Positions 36,831 through 39,184 of a stretch of DNA of 39,184 bases are shown here, piece after piece (the stretch's first letter is position 1; every line of letters starts with the position of its first letter). The position numbers and the translations under genes were made by a program. The notes under the pieces are model-generated. The model was given only the letters and a program-made list of their open reading frames with translations, was not told the origin of the DNA and searched no databases. Source of the stretch: a virus; the UHGV virus genome UHGV-0103155; one strand, 5' to 3'.

Positions 36831-37473
36831 GAAATACACACTAATCTATGCAGATCCACCCTGGGTATACCGGGACAAAGCCGCAGATGGTAATCGCGGT
36901 GCCGGTTTTAAATATCCGGTTATGAGTGTGCTGGATATCTGCCGCCTTCCTGTGTGGGATTTGGCCGATGAAAACTGTCTGTTGGCCATGTGGTGGGTGC
37001 CAACACAACCACTCGAAGCACTAAAAGTTGTTGAAGCCTGGGGATTCCGTCTGATGACGATGAAGGGCTTCACGTGGATAAAATGTGGTAGTCGACAACC
37101 AGATAAACTGGTTATGGGTATGGGACACATGACTCGCGCCAATAGTGAAGATTGCCTGTTTGCGGTAAAGGGAAAACTACCTACGCGCATTAATGCAGGG
37201 ATCGTTCAGTCATTTACCGCACCGCGGCTTGAGCATTCAAGAAAGCCAGATATCGTTCGTGAAAAACTTGTGCAATTATTAGGCGATGTTTCTCGCATTG
37301 AACTGTTCGCCCGCCAGACGTCTCATGGCTTCGATGTTTGGGGTAATCAGTGCGAAGACCCGGCAGTGCAACTACACCCTGGATACGCGTTGGATATTGG
37401 CGGATTAACAAATGCATTCAGCAATGCTCCGCTGTCACCAACAGACATCCAGGGGCGGGAGCGTGCTGCATGA
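36823..37473 (+). CDS. MT-A70 family DNA N6-adenine methyltransferase
   Basis: DPPW catalytic motif near N-terminus (…LIYADPPWVY…); about 216 aa. Confidence 0.75.
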   Translation: MTKKYTLIYADPPWVYRDKAADGNRGAGFKYPVMSVLDICRLPVWDLADENCLLAMWWVPTQPLEALKVVEAWGFRLMTMKGFTWIKCGSRQPDKLVMGMGHMTRANSEDCLFAVKGKLPTRINAGIVQSFTAPRLEHSRKPDIVREKLVQLLGDVSRIELFARQTSHGFDVWGNQCEDPAVQLHPGYALDIGGLTNAFSNAPLSPTDIQGRERAA

Positions 37474-37664
37474 ACAGGGCATCACCAGCAGATTTAAGAA
37501 AATGCCTTGAAACTGCAAACATGCTTGCACACAGCGGGATCAGGTTTGTTCCAATTCCCGCTGTCACTGATGCTGAATTTGCAACACTGTCAGCAATATT
37601 CGAAAACAAAATTGAATCACTGGCAGCAGAAGCAGAGATGGAAGAAAATCAGCAGAACTATTAA
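37470..37664 (+). CDS. Hypothetical protein, translationally coupled to methyltransferase
   Basis: ATGA overlap with methyltransferase stop; 64-aa ORF. Confidence 0.4.
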   Translation: MNRASPADLRKCLETANMLAHSGIRFVPIPAVTDAEFATLSAIFENKIESLAAEAEMEENQQNY

Positions 37665-37667
37665 ACG

Positions 37668-38918
37668 TTATTCCCCCGCCATCCACTTCTCAAACTTCGA
37701 CGGGGAGAACGGAATCAGATCCGTATGCTCCCCGTCAATCCATGAATCAATCATATCGGCCCACTGCTGCAACATGTAGGCGCGCTGTCTGGCGTATTCC
37801 GCTTTGTTATATACGGCGCGCACACCTTTCTGCTCATGTGCCAGAGCCTTTTCAATCCAGTCTGAAGGATAACCAGCCTCATGCAACAACGTACTGGCTG
37901 TACGGCGCATATCATGTACAGTGAAGTCCTGAATATGCTCACCATCTTCATTTATTATTTTCACCGTTCTGTCGATCAGAGAGTTCAGCGCGGCATTAGA
38001 TAATGGCTTCCGGAAATTGTAACGACCAGGAACCAGATATTCACTTCCACCAGCGCACATCTGCAACCCGATTAATATATCCTGTGCCTGTTTAGGCAGG
38101 TAAATAACGTGCGCCCGACTTCCCTTCATGCGGTCTGAAGGAATTGTCCATGTCCATTTTTTAAAATCTATTTCATCCCACGTTGCATTGGTGAATTCGC
38201 CTTTACGAACCATAGTGATAAGCACCAGCTTTAAAGCCATTTTCATAGTGCCCATAGCACCAATGGCATCCAGCGTGCGGAAGAACAGACCAATTTCTTC
38301 TGGTGTCAGTGTTCGCTCTCGTGGTTTAAATATGGCGATAGACGAAGGTTTAATGTCAGCCGCAGGATTAAACAAACCATGACCACGGTCATTGGCGTGA
38401 CGGTATACGCTGCTGATGATCTCCCTGGCCTGCACTGCTGTTGCCCGACCACCGCGTTCGACAATCCGGTCACACAAATCACGAACCATCGATGTGGTAA
38501 TTTCAGCCATTATTTTGTTGCCAAGAACCGGAAGTATGTCACGGTCGATCACCGCCTGCTTCATTGCGCGGGTACTGTCAGCCAGGATGACGTGTTTCAT
38601 ATAACTGTCGGTATGTACCGCAAACGTCTCGGCACCACGAATCTTTTTGATACCGTCACGTTTAGCCGCAGCCGGCGACTGGCCTGCTTTAAGCAGCTTC
38701 TTTGCAGCAATCAGTTCTTCTCGCGCTTCTGCCAGGCTGATACCGTCACGCCCATACTGCCCGATTACCAGTGTTTCGCGGCGACCGTTGATACGGTAGT
38801 CATAGCGAAACGAGACCGTGCCTGACGTAAGCACAGCTACATACAGCCCGTCACGATCGGAGACCTTGTACAGTTTGTCCTGCGGCTTGAGGTTTTTTAA
38901 TTTTGTATCGGTAAGCAC
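37668..38918 (-). CDS. int: Tyrosine integrase (P4-like family)
   Basis: 416 aa; N-terminal arm-binding-type segment and C-terminal catalytic region (…HDMRRT…, …LAHE…); adjacent to right att core. Confidence 0.85.
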   Translation of the reverse strand: MLTDTKLKNLKPQDKLYKVSDRDGLYVAVLTSGTVSFRYDYRINGRRETLVIGQYGRDGISLAEAREELIAAKKLLKAGQSPAAAKRDGIKKIRGAETFAVHTDSYMKHVILADSTRAMKQAVIDRDILPVLGNKIMAEITTSMVRDLCDRIVERGGRATAVQAREIISSVYRHANDRGHGLFNPAADIKPSSIAIFKPRERTLTPEEIGLFFRTLDAIGAMGTMKMALKLVLITMVRKGEFTNATWDEIDFKKWTWTIPSDRMKGSRAHVIYLPKQAQDILIGLQMCAGGSEYLVPGRYNFRKPLSNAALNSLIDRTVKIINEDGEHIQDFTVHDMRRTASTLLHEAGYPSDWIEKALAHEQKGVRAVYNKAEYARQRAYMLQQWADMIDSWIDGEHTDLIPFSPSKFEKWMAGE

Positions 38919-38960
38919 AATTCACCCGTATAGAAACCATTTTCATGACGGTATGAGAGT

Positions 38961-38975
38961 ATACCTTTAAGGTAA
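38961..38975. promoter_or_regulatory. Imperfect operator-like site ATACCTTTAAGGTAA upstream of integrase
   Basis: One mismatch to TTACC-N5-GGTAA, about 45 bp upstream of the int start. Confidence 0.3.
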
Positions 38976-39040
38976 TACCGTCACCTGTACCGCCGAAAAA
39001 TATGGTGTAGAGTGAATAGAAATGAATACATAAAAACAAA

Positions 39041-39070
39041 AACCCTCTGCAAAAACAGAGGGTTGAGTTG
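39041..39070 (-). terminator. Phage-supplied replacement terminator for guaA (hairpin CCCTCTG-loop-CAGAGGG)
   Basis: Same stem as the 98-130 hairpin with a different loop; T-run follows on minus strand, downstream of guaA stop. Confidence 0.5.
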
Positions 39071-39108
39071 GCATCTGAATAGGAATGATTTGCTATGAGT
39101 TAGCTGTT

Positions 39109-39125
39109 AATCATTCCCACTCAAT
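39109..39125. repeat. Right att core copy (AATCATTCCCACTCAAT)
   Basis: Exact 17-bp direct repeat of 151-167; overlaps guaA stop codon. Confidence 0.6.
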
Positions 39126-39184
39126 AGTCGCTGGCGGCTTGCCGCTGATGTCATACACCACGCGGGAAATACCGTTCACTTCAT
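39111..39184 (-). CDS. guaA: GMP synthase, 3' end (partial; continues beyond window)
   Basis: Reverse-strand translation of window end reads …VYDISGKPPATIEWE-stop, the conserved GuaA C-terminus. Confidence 0.75.
   Translation of the reverse strand, partial: EVNGISRVVYDISGKPPATIEWE

Larger units (their letters stand above)
151..39125. mobile_element. Integrated temperate podovirus prophage (epsilon15/phiV10-like organisation), apparently intact
   Basis: Complete module set between two 17-bp direct repeats; integrase next to right junction; host guaA 3' end at right edge. Confidence 0.8.

Noticed and set aside
37418-38825. Opposite-strand ORFs within methyltransferase and integrase genes (for example 38379-38825)
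   Set aside because: Antisense to well-supported genes with recognisable catalytic motifs; no supporting signals

Overview
This window is almost entirely one apparently intact temperate podovirus prophage (about 151-39125) inserted at the 3' end of host guaA, whose last codons (…IEWE-stop) are readable on the minus strand at the right edge. A 17-bp direct repeat (AATCATTCCCACTCAAT) at both junctions is the likely att core. The layout resembles epsilon15/phiV10-like phages, which I recall target guaA, but that is memory and not a search result. Right to left on the minus strand: Cro-like gene, lambda O/P-like replication genes (iterons inside O), a block of small hypothetical early genes, small and large terminase, portal, scaffold, major capsid, T7 gp11/gp12-like tail tube proteins, large internal virion proteins, tailspike, then two small membrane proteins, a GH19 endolysin and Rz/Rz1. 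Rightward from the immunity region on the plus strand: a tandem-HTH repressor with no recognisable S24 cleavage domain, YqaJ-like exonuclease, RecT, AlpA-like regulator, PerC-like regulator, MT-A70 methyltransferase, with a tyrosine integrase on the minus strand next to the right junction. Plus-strand cargo sits inside the minus-strand late operon: a tRNA-Arg(UCU) island, a Gp49-like gene, and an AT-rich cluster between the ejection genes and tailspike holding two antirepressor-type genes (one behind a near-consensus LexA box), an unknown 210-aa protein, a small secreted peptide and a lipoprotein. The most interesting non-coding signals are a palindromic TTACC-N5-GGTAA motif at about 15 intergenic or leader positions (three between cro and the repressor) and a perfect 12-bp palindrome GTGACATGTCAC present three times at operon boundaries. 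CDS coordinates follow the supplied ORF track (stop codon included), with some starts moved to internal ATGs; hand-located motifs may be off by 1-2 bp. No searches or folding were run, so all protein family calls are from recognition of motifs and architecture.
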